From positions 1-64,000 of IMG/VR virus record IMGVR_UViG_3300031994_000065: 64,000 bases of DNA, one strand, 5' to 3'. Under the pieces are notes generated by a model. The model saw only the letters and a list, made by a program, of their open reading frames with translations. It did not search any database and was not told the origin of the DNA. Source of the DNA: a virus (Duplodnaviria > Caudoviricetes). Shown here one piece after another: positions 30,240 through 38,304 of this stretch. Numbering within the stretch: position 1 is the stretch's first letter; each line of letters opens with the position of its first letter. Position numbers and translations under genes: made by a program.

Positions 30240-30758
30240 ATGAAACTAATGGAAACTGATATGACTACATTCGTAGACAAGAAACTTGTAAAAGTTACAG
30301 ATCGTGGTCCGATTATGCCGCTCGGTGGAATCTATGGACCCACTCTTCCTCAGATTATGACCGTTAAAACGATTGCGATTCTCTTGCAAAAGGGTTATCA
30401 CGTTACGGAAATTCTGAATAATAAGTCTGAAGTTAAACTCAGTCTTTCGAACTACAATGTCGACATCAATGGCGATGGTGGTGAAGGTCTTAAAAAGGTT
30501 AAGAAACCTGATGAAGATATTAAGCCTCTGCCGAAGAAAAATGCCAAAGTCGAAACTCCTGCGCCTGAAGCAAAAACTGAAAAACCTGCTGAAAAAGAAT
30601 CGGTTAAAGTTGAGACTGCCGTCGTTGAGAATAAGATTACCGTATCAGCGGCTGGAGGTAAGGCTGAAGCCGATTCTAAAAGGAATGGTAATGACGCTGG
30701 AGGTCTTATGAGTACCAAAAAAAATAAGCCTAAGGCGGACGAACTTACCTCTAAGTAA
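30240..30758 (+). CDS. Hypothetical protein with K/E/P-rich tail
   Basis: 172-aa ORF ending before a terminator. Confidence 0.6.
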   Translation: MKLMETDMTTFVDKKLVKVTDRGPIMPLGGIYGPTLPQIMTVKTIAILLQKGYHVTEILNNKSEVKLSLSNYNVDINGDGGEGLKKVKKPDEDIKPLPKKNAKVETPAPEAKTEKPAEKESVKVETAVVENKITVSAAGGKAEADSKRNGNDAGGLMSTKKNKPKADELTSK

Positions 30759-30777
30759 TTTGGGATTAAAACGAGAA

Positions 30778-30822
30778 AAAAAAACCGGGGAGCAATCTGA
30801 TAGAATTTGCTCCCCGGTTTAA
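30778..30822. terminator. Bidirectional terminator
   Basis: aaaccggggagcaa / ttgctccccggttt stem, with an A-run on the left. Confidence 0.85.
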
Positions 30823-30847
30823 CCGTTTTTTGAACTGCTGCTACTGA

Positions 30848-31027
30848 TTAGCGGCGAGTTCCACAAGTGCTATTGTCACCCATGGTCGTCACCTCCTTTC
30901 AGTAACAGGAGGGTGGTTTTACGTTTCATTTACCTCCCCCCACATTTATTAGATTTAAGTCGCAGCTACTAATTTCACTGCGTCTTATACCTATATAATA
31001 TATATTTTCGATTCTAAGATATGTCTA
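30848..31027 (-). other. Small early transcription unit carrying only two micro-ORFs (30876-30929, 17 aa; 30848-30883, 11 aa)
   Basis: TAGACA-N17-TATATATTAT at 31027-30995; RBS GGGGGAGG and AAAGGAGGTG; terminator at 30778-30822. Confidence 0.5.
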
Positions 31028-32414
31028 AATCGATTTCTCCAGTTCTACTGACAGAAATACCTTCAATTGTCGATTCCAAAACCGTTTTGGTTCTGTAGAA
31101 TGTGATTCTCCGTACAGGCATCTTCGGCAATTTTCTTTCTCTGGAACGTAAGAAAATGTCAGATATATGAATGAAGTAATTCTTGTGAACATCGTTATCA
31201 AACATTTTCACCATAGTTACGATTGACTTTTCTTCGTCTCGATACACATGAACCGGGATATATATCGTATCTTTCATCTTCACTGCTACTTTGAATGCAG
31301 TATCTCGCTCAATATCGTCATTGTCTCCACATATGTAATATCCGTCTATGATGCCTCTGCGGTCCATTTCCAATACATCGTGCGCAACACTGGTTCCCTC
31401 TTTAATTGGTGGGAATCCAAAATTTTCGACCATGTTTAACAGAGCCATATCACATATCTTATTGACGATGCGATAATTGCTTAAGAATTGATGGATTTCT
31501 TCATCGGAGAAATTTCGAAAGTTTGAAGGTCTGGCTAAGAAACCGAAATCATTCATATTACTGAGATTAATTCCATTAGTAGCCCAATCTCTTGGATTTA
31601 GAAGTTCATCTTTCATTCGCCAGTCATATTCGCTAGTGAGTGGCCATTGGTCATCATCCGGTTTACTTTGTCTAATAACAAAGTCAATATCGTCACACAT
31701 CTTAGTGATTATCGGAGCATCAATATGCTTCTTGATTTCACCAAATGCATTTATTAACATATCTTTGTTAGCAACTCGCCGAATCTTTTCTAACATATTG
31801 GCGTCGTACACCGATTTTGTATAGAAAAAATTTCTGGTTATGTCGTAGCAAAGTTTCAGGTCTGTGTCATAGACGTAATCCGAAATTCTTGTGGTGTTAA
31901 ATCGTCCGTTCAGAATATAATCTTTATCGAGATAATTCTGAGCGGATTTCTTAATAGCTTGGTTTATTGCGTCATTTAATCTGTCACTAAACTGACATGA
32001 ATGATGTTGATGCGCTGGATCTACCAGTTGATTCCTGAAGATATTAGACCATTTATCAAATGTGAGCACACCTTCAGCATAATCAGTCGCGTTCATTATG
32101 ACGTGTTTTTCTTCCATTGTGATGGTTGGGGCTTCTAAGTAATCTATAGAAGACGATTCTGCTGCGATAATATCTTTATCTGCGTATGGTTTAAATGCCG
32201 AATATTTCTTCAGTTTGACTTTCATGTTGTATTGTTTGGCGAGTCTGTTTATATTCGCAGCTAATTGCTTACGCTTTTTTGGTGGGCATGTATGGAAGTA
32301 CGCAATCGCACTACGGACGTGATTTTCGTCGGGCATTGGAAAAGCTCTATCTTCCGGAAGACCGAACTGATCTGCGGGGAGTTCTTTTCTTTGAGCACTA
32401 GAAAGTTTAGGCAT
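31014..32414 (-). CDS. DUF6582-like N-terminal domain protein, putative virion protein
   Basis: MPKLSSAQRKELPADQFGLPEDRAFPMPDENHVRSAIAYF is a recognisable small phage domain; late promoter upstream. Confidence 0.6.
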   Translation of the reverse strand: MPKLSSAQRKELPADQFGLPEDRAFPMPDENHVRSAIAYFHTCPPKKRKQLAANINRLAKQYNMKVKLKKYSAFKPYADKDIIAAESSSIDYLEAPTITMEEKHVIMNATDYAEGVLTFDKWSNIFRNQLVDPAHQHHSCQFSDRLNDAINQAIKKSAQNYLDKDYILNGRFNTTRISDYVYDTDLKLCYDITRNFFYTKSVYDANMLEKIRRVANKDMLINAFGEIKKHIDAPIITKMCDDIDFVIRQSKPDDDQWPLTSEYDWRMKDELLNPRDWATNGINLSNMNDFGFLARPSNFRNFSDEEIHQFLSNYRIVNKICDMALLNMVENFGFPPIKEGTSVAHDVLEMDRRGIIDGYYICGDNDDIERDTAFKVAVKMKDTIYIPVHVYRDEEKSIVTMVKMFDNDVHKNYFIHISDIFLRSRERKLPKMPVRRITFYRTKTVLESTIEGISVSRTGEIDLDIS

Positions 32415-32431
32415 CGTTTATCACCTCTTTT

Positions 32432-32443
32432 TAGTGCTTTGTC
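32432..32443 (-). promoter_or_regulatory. Late promoter RACA-N6-TA
   Basis: Minus strand GACA-aagcac-TA. Confidence 0.7.
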
Positions 32444-32510
32444 GCGAGGGGTAAAAATAGGTGAAATTCGGAGAAAAAAAAACCACGCGGTTTTGCGTGG
32501 CTGAATTGTT

Positions 32511-33158
32511 TCAATATGCGAAAGTCATAGGAATACCCATGTCTTTCAACATGTTGAAACAGCTGATGAAACCTTCTCTTGGTTTGAGATACTCAAACCG
32601 AAAGAAGACTTTCCAATTTTCGCCGTAGCGTTTCTTGTAAACTTTTTCCGCTTCTCCGGATTCGAAATTCGTGACGTAGTTTTCGTACGCCTTTTTCGAA
32701 ATCCAGAACCCCACGATTTTTTGCGGAGCGACAAACGCCTCGGTGTAGGCGCTGTATTCGTCGTCGAGTTTTTCATAGTCGTCAACGATGAACTCCTCAC
32801 GAATTGATGGGTAACGCTTCCCATCAATCGTGTAGCTCCCGCAATCAACGGAGGCCATTAACGACGTTTCGCCTTTCACATAAACGCCTATTACGCCGAG
32901 TCCTCCGTTCATGAGCCTAGATTCAGGCCCGGGTTTCGAGCAACTTATCTCGGCTCCGGTGCCAAGAATGGTCAACAGTTTTTCGAGTGCGACCGCAGGC
33001 GACTGCGATCTGTTGACAGCGTTGAGGCCGTGCGCCCAGACCACTCCGTCAGTTCCTCTCGGAACATGACGTGATTTGAGCGCCTTAGCGTTTTCGAACG
33101 CCTTTCTCTCCTCGTCGTTCAAATCATCTGATTTCACACCATTGACGTAAATGCTCAT
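32511..33158 (-). CDS. Early cassette cargo B, hypothetical protein
   Basis: ATG at 33158 spaced from AAGGAGG; terminator at ~32474-32502. Confidence 0.7.
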   Translation of the reverse strand: MSIYVNGVKSDDLNDEERKAFENAKALKSRHVPRGTDGVVWAHGLNAVNRSQSPAVALEKLLTILGTGAEISCSKPGPESRLMNGGLGVIGVYVKGETSLMASVDCGSYTIDGKRYPSIREEFIVDDYEKLDDEYSAYTEAFVAPQKIVGFWISKKAYENYVTNFESGEAEKVYKKRYGENWKVFFRFEYLKPREGFISCFNMLKDMGIPMTFAY

Positions 33159-33162
33159 TTCA

Positions 33163-33275
33163 AACATCCTCCTTAAAGATGTGGATCGTAGGTTTTCGCA
33201 ATTTAGTACAAGAGAACTCCTACTAAACTCCTATACACCACGATAATATATACTTATGGGAGAGGGTAATGTCGG
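33163..33275 (-). promoter_or_regulatory. Early promoter (CCGACA-N17-TATATATTAT) plus structured leader, copy B
   Basis: Leader differs from copies A and C by a few bases. Confidence 0.85.
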
Positions 33276-33292
33276 AACGTAAAAAGGAGAAA

Positions 33293-33330
33293 AAGCCAGA
33301 ACCTATTAAGGTTCTGGCTTTGTCACGCTT
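33293..33330 (-). repeat. Terminator-like hairpin duplicated at 34338-34374
   Basis: aagccagaacc-N6/N5-ggttctggctttgtcacgctt occurs at both sites. Confidence 0.85.
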
Positions 33331-33362
33331 CTTGTTGTGGGAGGTAAAAAATATCTCCTTGA

Positions 33363-33426
33363 GGGAAAAAGAATCTGTGCCGCAAATGTGTGCGGTGTCT
33401 GTGCCGATTTACGACACAGATTCTTT
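33363..33426 (-). terminator. Three-way-junction 3' element/terminator (copy C)
   Basis: Homolog of 24373-24442 with compensatory CGC/GCG to UGU/ACA changes. Confidence 0.7.
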
Positions 33427-33432
33427 CGTGAA

Positions 33433-33999
33433 TCATTTCCAGCCTTTTGCGCAGATAACCTTCGGAATATATTTCCAATACTGCACCGATTGCGCGCAGG
33501 TGTAAAGACGTATTGTCTTGTCAGCCCAACACACAAGCTTTCCATTGTTATATGGAAGTAGTATTGTTTCATATAAACTGATAGTGTTTTTGTCGCGTTT
33601 GAAACTGCGCCCGTTGAAATGGAAGTCTTGATGGCTACCATTACAACAAGAGATGAGTGTGTACTCTCCCTTGTCGAATTTGTTCGCCATCGAGAAATGA
33701 TTTTCTTTCTTGCCTTCGATAATGAATTCTGCGAATCCTCCGTGAACGCAAGCAACCAGCCCCTGATCTGTTACTAACGGGACTGCTTCCATCTGGACGG
33801 CGAACCTTTTCAAGAATGACCATATGGTCAATTTCTTTCCAGTATCCGCGTATCTCACATCGGTGTACAACGACGCAGTTCCGTTTTTGACTTTGAAGTA
33901 CGCGATAACGTACATCGCGCCGAACAGAATTGCCCCTCCTGTGAGACCCCAAATGACGTTAATAACGGAGACGATCGAATTTACCAGAGCGTTTTTCAT
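33433..33999 (-). CDS. Early cassette cargo C, membrane-anchored hypothetical protein
   Basis: N-terminal TM segment (VINVIWGLTGGAILFGAMYVIAYF); ATG at 33999. Confidence 0.7.
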   Translation of the reverse strand: MKNALVNSIVSVINVIWGLTGGAILFGAMYVIAYFKVKNGTASLYTDVRYADTGKKLTIWSFLKRFAVQMEAVPLVTDQGLVACVHGGFAEFIIEGKKENHFSMANKFDKGEYTLISCCNGSHQDFHFNGRSFKRDKNTISLYETILLPYNNGKLVCWADKTIRLYTCAQSVQYWKYIPKVICAKGWK

Positions 34000-34003
34000 T
34001 TCA

Positions 34004-34117
34004 AACATCCTCCTTAAAGATGTGGATCGTAGGTTTTCGTCAATTTAGTACAAGAGAACTCCTACTAAACTCTCATACACCACGATAATATATACTTAGG
34101 AGGGTGGGCGATGTCAG
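34004..34117 (-). promoter_or_regulatory. Early promoter (CTGACA-N17-TATATATTAT) plus structured leader, copy C
   Basis: Leader is identical to copy A. Confidence 0.85.
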
Positions 34118-34138
34118 ATTGAAAAATTATATCGTGTC

Positions 34139-34150
34139 AACATATCATTA
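34139..34150 (+). promoter_or_regulatory. Late promoter with no downstream CDS
   Basis: AACA-tatcat-TA pointing into the structured region. Confidence 0.6.
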
Positions 34151-34328
34151 GATGCATCTATAATACTAATGTGCGGGCAATAGCTCCACTTTAAGGGAAG
34201 ATAGGTTATTGGTGACAAACGCCTAAGTTGTACTCGGCTTATATAGTAGACTTCGGATTAACCCGCCTCGAAGTCGCCGCGTAACAGAATTGGCGGCTAG
34301 GCCTATCTTCCTGGGAGTCGTTTTTTTT
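34150..34328 (+). ncRNA. Candidate ~180-nt multi-branched non-coding RNA, family unknown
   Basis: GGAAGAUAGG (34196-34205) pairs perfectly with CCUAUCUUCC (34302-34311) and closes four hairpins; U8 at 34321-34328; G-U pairs favour the + strand; no ORF. Confidence 0.65.
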
Positions 34329-34385
34329 GCGGACAATAAGCCAGAACCTTGTAGGTTCTGGCTTTGTCACGCTTTTTGTAGTTTG

Positions 34386-36671
34386 TCAGATTGAAATCAT
34401 CGGTACGGTTTTGTGATGCCACGATTCGTGTTCTTTGCGTTTGCAGTGTGGGCATTCGTTTTTTATAATACCGGTATAACCACAGACCGGGTCGCGGTCG
34501 ACAGGGTGGTTCACACTGAAATATCCCATATTTGCATCGTGCATGGCTCGTACAAGTTTTTCAAAAGCTTCTACATTTTGGAGAGGATCCCCATTGTACT
34601 CAATATAGCTTATCGCGCCAGCATCACATTTTTCATGGTATGGTGCTTCGATACGAATTTTATCGATAGCTCGTATCTTATAATACACAGGAACATGGAA
34701 ACTGTTCGTGATGTACAATCTATCGGTGACACCACGTATGATTCCATAATCTTTGCGATTCGCTTTTTGAAATGTATTTGCTGTCCCTTCGGCTGGAGTT
34801 GAAAAGGTTGACCAATTCATTTTTTCTTCAACTTTAAACTTGTCGGTTTTGTCACGAAGATGTTGGACGATTTCCAATCCGAACCGTTGCGAATCCTCAT
34901 TCTCTCCATGATGTTTTCCTGTTAATGCTATTAAAGTTTCTGCAAGACCACAGAATCCAATAGAAAGGGTAGCATTTTTCAAAACTTTTCGTATAGTATC
35001 ATTTGGCGATAATTCATCGCTTCCCATCCAAACGCCTTGACCCATCAAAAACGGAAAATTGAAAACGTGTTTATCTGCAATAATTTGAAAACGGTAAAGA
35101 AGATAATCGTGACTAAGTTGAATATAGTGATCGTATATCTCGTAGAAACGTTTTATGATCTCTTCTTGTGGTGCGTTGTTTCCAAGTTGACGTTTTGCTT
35201 CGAGTGCAAATTTTGGAAGATTAAGAGTCACAAAACTAAAATTTCCTCTTCCACCAGTTTCTTCAGGTCCATTCACATTTCCGATAACACGGGTACGGCA
35301 TCCCATCGTTGCAGCGTATGTATTATAATTTCCTGGTTTATAATACTTCAAGTTAAAAGTGGCATCACACGATACAAAGTTCGGGTACAACCTCTTAGCA
35401 CTCACTTCACATGCACGCTTAAATAAGTCGTAATTTGGATCGCCTGGGTTGAAATTGATTCCTGATTTAATCTGAAAAATCGAAATTGGAAATAGTGGAG
35501 ATTCTCCCTTTCCCATTCCAGCATCAATAGCGTTGAGAGTTTCTCTTATTGCCAATCGTCCCTCTGGAGAAGTATCCATACCAAAGTTGATAGAACTGAA
35601 CGGAACTTGCCCGCCTGACCTAGCGTGTAAGCTATTAAAATTATACACCATTGCTTCCATAGCTTGACGTGTCTCTTCTTCAGTGGCATCTTTTGCTATT
35701 TCATAAATTGAATGAAGACCATCCCATTCGTTTCGCTCGACTTCCATGAAAACTTTACAGAAAACTCTCCATATTTCTTCTATGGTTTCCCAATAATCAC
35801 TAGAATTCTTAATGTCTTTATCTTCGACGTAATGTATCTTTGTTCTATCGAATTCTTCTTTGACTTCTTTACTAACCGTGTGCTTGTCGTACATGTTCGA
35901 TGTCACAAATTGTCCAAATTCAACCGTTTTAGATATAATTTCTTTCACGAATGTTTTTCTGATCCCTTCAGCCATCGCATAATCTTCTGCATTTAGTGAC
36001 TGGCCTCCGAAACAGTCGTTCTGGTCTGATTGAATTGCCACACATGCTAAAGCTGCATATGATCGAATAGAGCCTGGTTCTCTTATATGACCATGACCTG
36101 TTGAAAACCCACCGTGAAACAGTTTCAGTAGATCAATTTGACAACAATTCAACGTTATCATTGAGAAATCGTTATCGTGTTCATGAATGAAATGTTGACG
36201 ATGTGCTTCAGCAAATTCTTTTGGTTGGGTATTAAGCGCGAATTCTTTTGCTCCATCTGATCCAAGTTTAAGCATTATGCCCATTGGACCATCAGTGTTA
36301 ATATTTGCATTTTCCCTCTTATCGTCCATCGCTGAGGCATCAGTAAACAAAATGTCTTTATAAGTTTGCATGAGATTCTTCTTCGATTCCCGACGAAGCA
36401 TATGTTTATATCTGTAACAAATATACTTCTTGGCTATCTCGAAAAATCCGTGTTGCATAAGACGACGTTCCACGACATCTTGAATATCTTCGACTGATAT
36501 TTCAGTACGATCACCAATATCGGACTCTATCTGTTCAATGATATTCTCAAGATCGCGTTCGGTCATTTGTTCGACGGAAGCGTTGTTAGCTCCAACAATC
36601 GCTTTGTAAATTTTCGATCGGTCGTATGAAACCAACGAACCGTCGCGTTTGATAACGCGTTCAAGATTCAT
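34386..36671 (-). CDS. nrdD: Anaerobic (class III) ribonucleoside-triphosphate reductase with ATP cone, lacking the C-terminal glycyl-radical segment
   Basis: VIKRDG ATP cone, TLNCCQID, ARSGGQVPFSSINFG, MGCRTR, GNFSFVTLNL, STPAEG, C-terminal CxxC pair; no RITGY-type motif. Confidence 0.93.
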   Translation of the reverse strand: MNLERVIKRDGSLVSYDRSKIYKAIVGANNASVEQMTERDLENIIEQIESDIGDRTEISVEDIQDVVERRLMQHGFFEIAKKYICYRYKHMLRRESKKNLMQTYKDILFTDASAMDDKRENANINTDGPMGIMLKLGSDGAKEFALNTQPKEFAEAHRQHFIHEHDNDFSMITLNCCQIDLLKLFHGGFSTGHGHIREPGSIRSYAALACVAIQSDQNDCFGGQSLNAEDYAMAEGIRKTFVKEIISKTVEFGQFVTSNMYDKHTVSKEVKEEFDRTKIHYVEDKDIKNSSDYWETIEEIWRVFCKVFMEVERNEWDGLHSIYEIAKDATEEETRQAMEAMVYNFNSLHARSGGQVPFSSINFGMDTSPEGRLAIRETLNAIDAGMGKGESPLFPISIFQIKSGINFNPGDPNYDLFKRACEVSAKRLYPNFVSCDATFNLKYYKPGNYNTYAATMGCRTRVIGNVNGPEETGGRGNFSFVTLNLPKFALEAKRQLGNNAPQEEIIKRFYEIYDHYIQLSHDYLLYRFQIIADKHVFNFPFLMGQGVWMGSDELSPNDTIRKVLKNATLSIGFCGLAETLIALTGKHHGENEDSQRFGLEIVQHLRDKTDKFKVEEKMNWSTFSTPAEGTANTFQKANRKDYGIIRGVTDRLYITNSFHVPVYYKIRAIDKIRIEAPYHEKCDAGAISYIEYNGDPLQNVEAFEKLVRAMHDANMGYFSVNHPVDRDPVCGYTGIIKNECPHCKRKEHESWHHKTVPMISI

Positions 36672-36743
36672 AAGCGTTACCTCCTTTGAATTAGTTTAAG
36701 GGTAAGTTGAGGAAGAGATTCGAATCTCTTCCTCATTTTGAGT

Positions 36744-37346
36744 TTATTTGTAATTCTTTCTGAATTCTGGGAGATACCAAAGAGCTTTTCCTCTGAGAAC
36801 GTCTCCACCGCGAGAACCGTCTATTGCATGAGGATTAAACTTTGGGGATTCTGAAGTTTCAAGATATTCCAAATCCCAGCGTTCACAAGTTGATTTCGGT
36901 CCATATTGTTCATGACACCACAAACCATCTTCATTATCTGCAGCTTCTCCATGTGTCATTACATGACCTGGATTGATTGTGAGCCATAATCCTTCAGCTA
37001 CTGCACAAACAGCCAAAGCCATACTTTCAATCTGTGCAGCGGTTGGAGGATTCGGACCTAAGTCTTTGGTATCCGCATATACCGCACAACATATTGTGAT
37101 GTTGATAGCTCCACTGTTACGTTTGTATGTTCCGGCGATAACATCAGCAAAATTATCTGTACTGGCATAATATTTGCCATTCTTATCGATATTGATATGG
37201 TAGTCGTCAGACTTATTATCGTACCAACCAGCAGTCCAGTGGAGATAAATCTTTGGTTCTCTACCAAGTGCTTTTGCTTTATCCCAAACTTCTTCTCGGG
37301 CAGCAGAAGCGAGTTGATAGATTTCTTTAAGTGTAACTTCACGCAT
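36744..37346 (-). CDS. N-acetylmuramoyl-L-alanine amidase (Amidase_2 type), candidate endolysin
   Basis: IYLHWTAG...DYHINID...VMTHGEAA Zn-binding motifs; late promoter at 37364-37375. Confidence 0.85.
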   Translation of the reverse strand: MREVTLKEIYQLASAAREEVWDKAKALGREPKIYLHWTAGWYDNKSDDYHINIDKNGKYYASTDNFADVIAGTYKRNSGAINITICCAVYADTKDLGPNPPTAAQIESMALAVCAVAEGLWLTINPGHVMTHGEAADNEDGLWCHEQYGPKSTCERWDLEYLETSESPKFNPHAIDGSRGGDVLRGKALWYLPEFRKNYK

Positions 37347-37363
37347 TTTCGTTCACCTACCTT

Positions 37364-37375
37364 TATGAGATTGTC
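37364..37375 (-). promoter_or_regulatory. Late promoter RACA-N6-TA
   Basis: Minus strand GACA-atctca-TA. Confidence 0.7.
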
Positions 37376-37441
37376 TTGAATATTAAGAGGTTAGAAATGA
37401 AAAAAAAATCTCGCCCATATGAGCGAGACCGCAGCGGAGCG

Positions 37442-37930
37442 TTATTGCTCCAAGAGTTCATTGAGATAAACGACATCTTCAAACGAAAGATTGTTTTCCT
37501 TGATTATGGCGCGAGCCCAGTTGATGTAGCCGCCGAAGCAATACTGATCGTCAAAATAGTAGCGAATACCGTTGATGTCGACATACTCGCATTCTATTTC
37601 ATCATCGAGCGTTTTGAACCATTGGCTTCCGACACTGATGCGGTTGGCGCGTTCGATCCGGGTAGGATTCGTTGCTCCATTGCAAATTATTTCGGCCGCC
37701 TGTTTCGGTGTTACGATGTCAACATCAAAGATGCCAACCTCGTGCCAATCATCGCTCACAACAGCATACTTTTTGTAATATGCCGTGCTGATGTAGTAAT
37801 GCGGATGACTATGGCACTCATGGAAGTTCGGGCACCGGGATCCGATGCACTCACCATCGAAATCCTCTGGTTCAGTGCATTGAAAGTTGAGTATTTGACC
37901 CAGCTCGTATCCGAAATCGTCTGTGGTCAT
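37442..37930 (-). CDS. Early cassette cargo D, acidic Cys/His-rich hypothetical protein
   Basis: RBS AAGGAGGG; terminator at 37399-37428; N-terminal Cys/His cluster. Confidence 0.7.
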   Translation of the reverse strand: MTTDDFGYELGQILNFQCTEPEDFDGECIGSRCPNFHECHSHPHYYISTAYYKKYAVVSDDWHEVGIFDVDIVTPKQAAEIICNGATNPTRIERANRISVGSQWFKTLDDEIECEYVDINGIRYYFDDQYCFGGYINWARAIIKENNLSFEDVVYLNELLEQ

Positions 37931-37932
37931 TC

Positions 37933-38039
37933 CAAATCCCTCCTTAAGGGATCGTAGGTTTTTTCATCTTAGTAGTGAGCTGCCTACTTAACTCTTCTAC
38001 GCGTATATAATATATAAATGTGGGTGGGGGTGATGTCGG
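37933..38039 (-). promoter_or_regulatory. Early promoter (CCGACA-N17-TATATATTAT) plus type-2 structured leader, copy D
   Basis: Identical to copy E from ggatcgtagg to the promoter. Confidence 0.85.
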
Positions 38040-38040
38040 A

Positions 38041-38245
38041 TTGAAATTAAACCCTTCTTAAAAAAGGTAATTCGATTCCGATGATGAATCATATAAGGAG
38101 GCAAACATCATGAAATTTGGTGGTATTACACTTGGTGGTCGGAACATTATCGTACCAACCAGCAGTCCAGTGGAGATAAATCTTTGGTTCTCTACTAAAT
38201 GCTTTTGCTTTACCCCATACTTCTTCTCGGGTATTGCGAGGTTGG
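38041..38245 (+). pseudogene. Chimeric duplication relic: 5' end of the 38978 gene fused to an amidase-gene fragment
   Basis: 38041-38151 matches 38906-39031 and 38146-38231 matches 37215-37300; joined at ATTATC microhomology. Confidence 0.85.
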
Positions 38246-38304
38246 AAAACAAAAAAAAATCACGCCCGTATAATGAGCGTGACCGGTGAGCGTGACGTGA
38301 CCAG

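Noticed and set aside
24373-33426. Three-way junctions as hammerhead ribozymes
   Set aside because: No CUGANGA/GAAA core on either strand.
34196-34311. tRNA or tmRNA
   Set aside because: Cloverleaf-like, but no TPsiC loop, no 7-nt anticodon loop geometry, no CCA end and no tag ORF.
38041-38245. Dedicated antisense RNA against the amidase mRNA
   Set aside because: The fragment would be antisense if transcribed, but its late promoter is mutated and shortened relative to 38925-38936, so a recombination scar is more likely.
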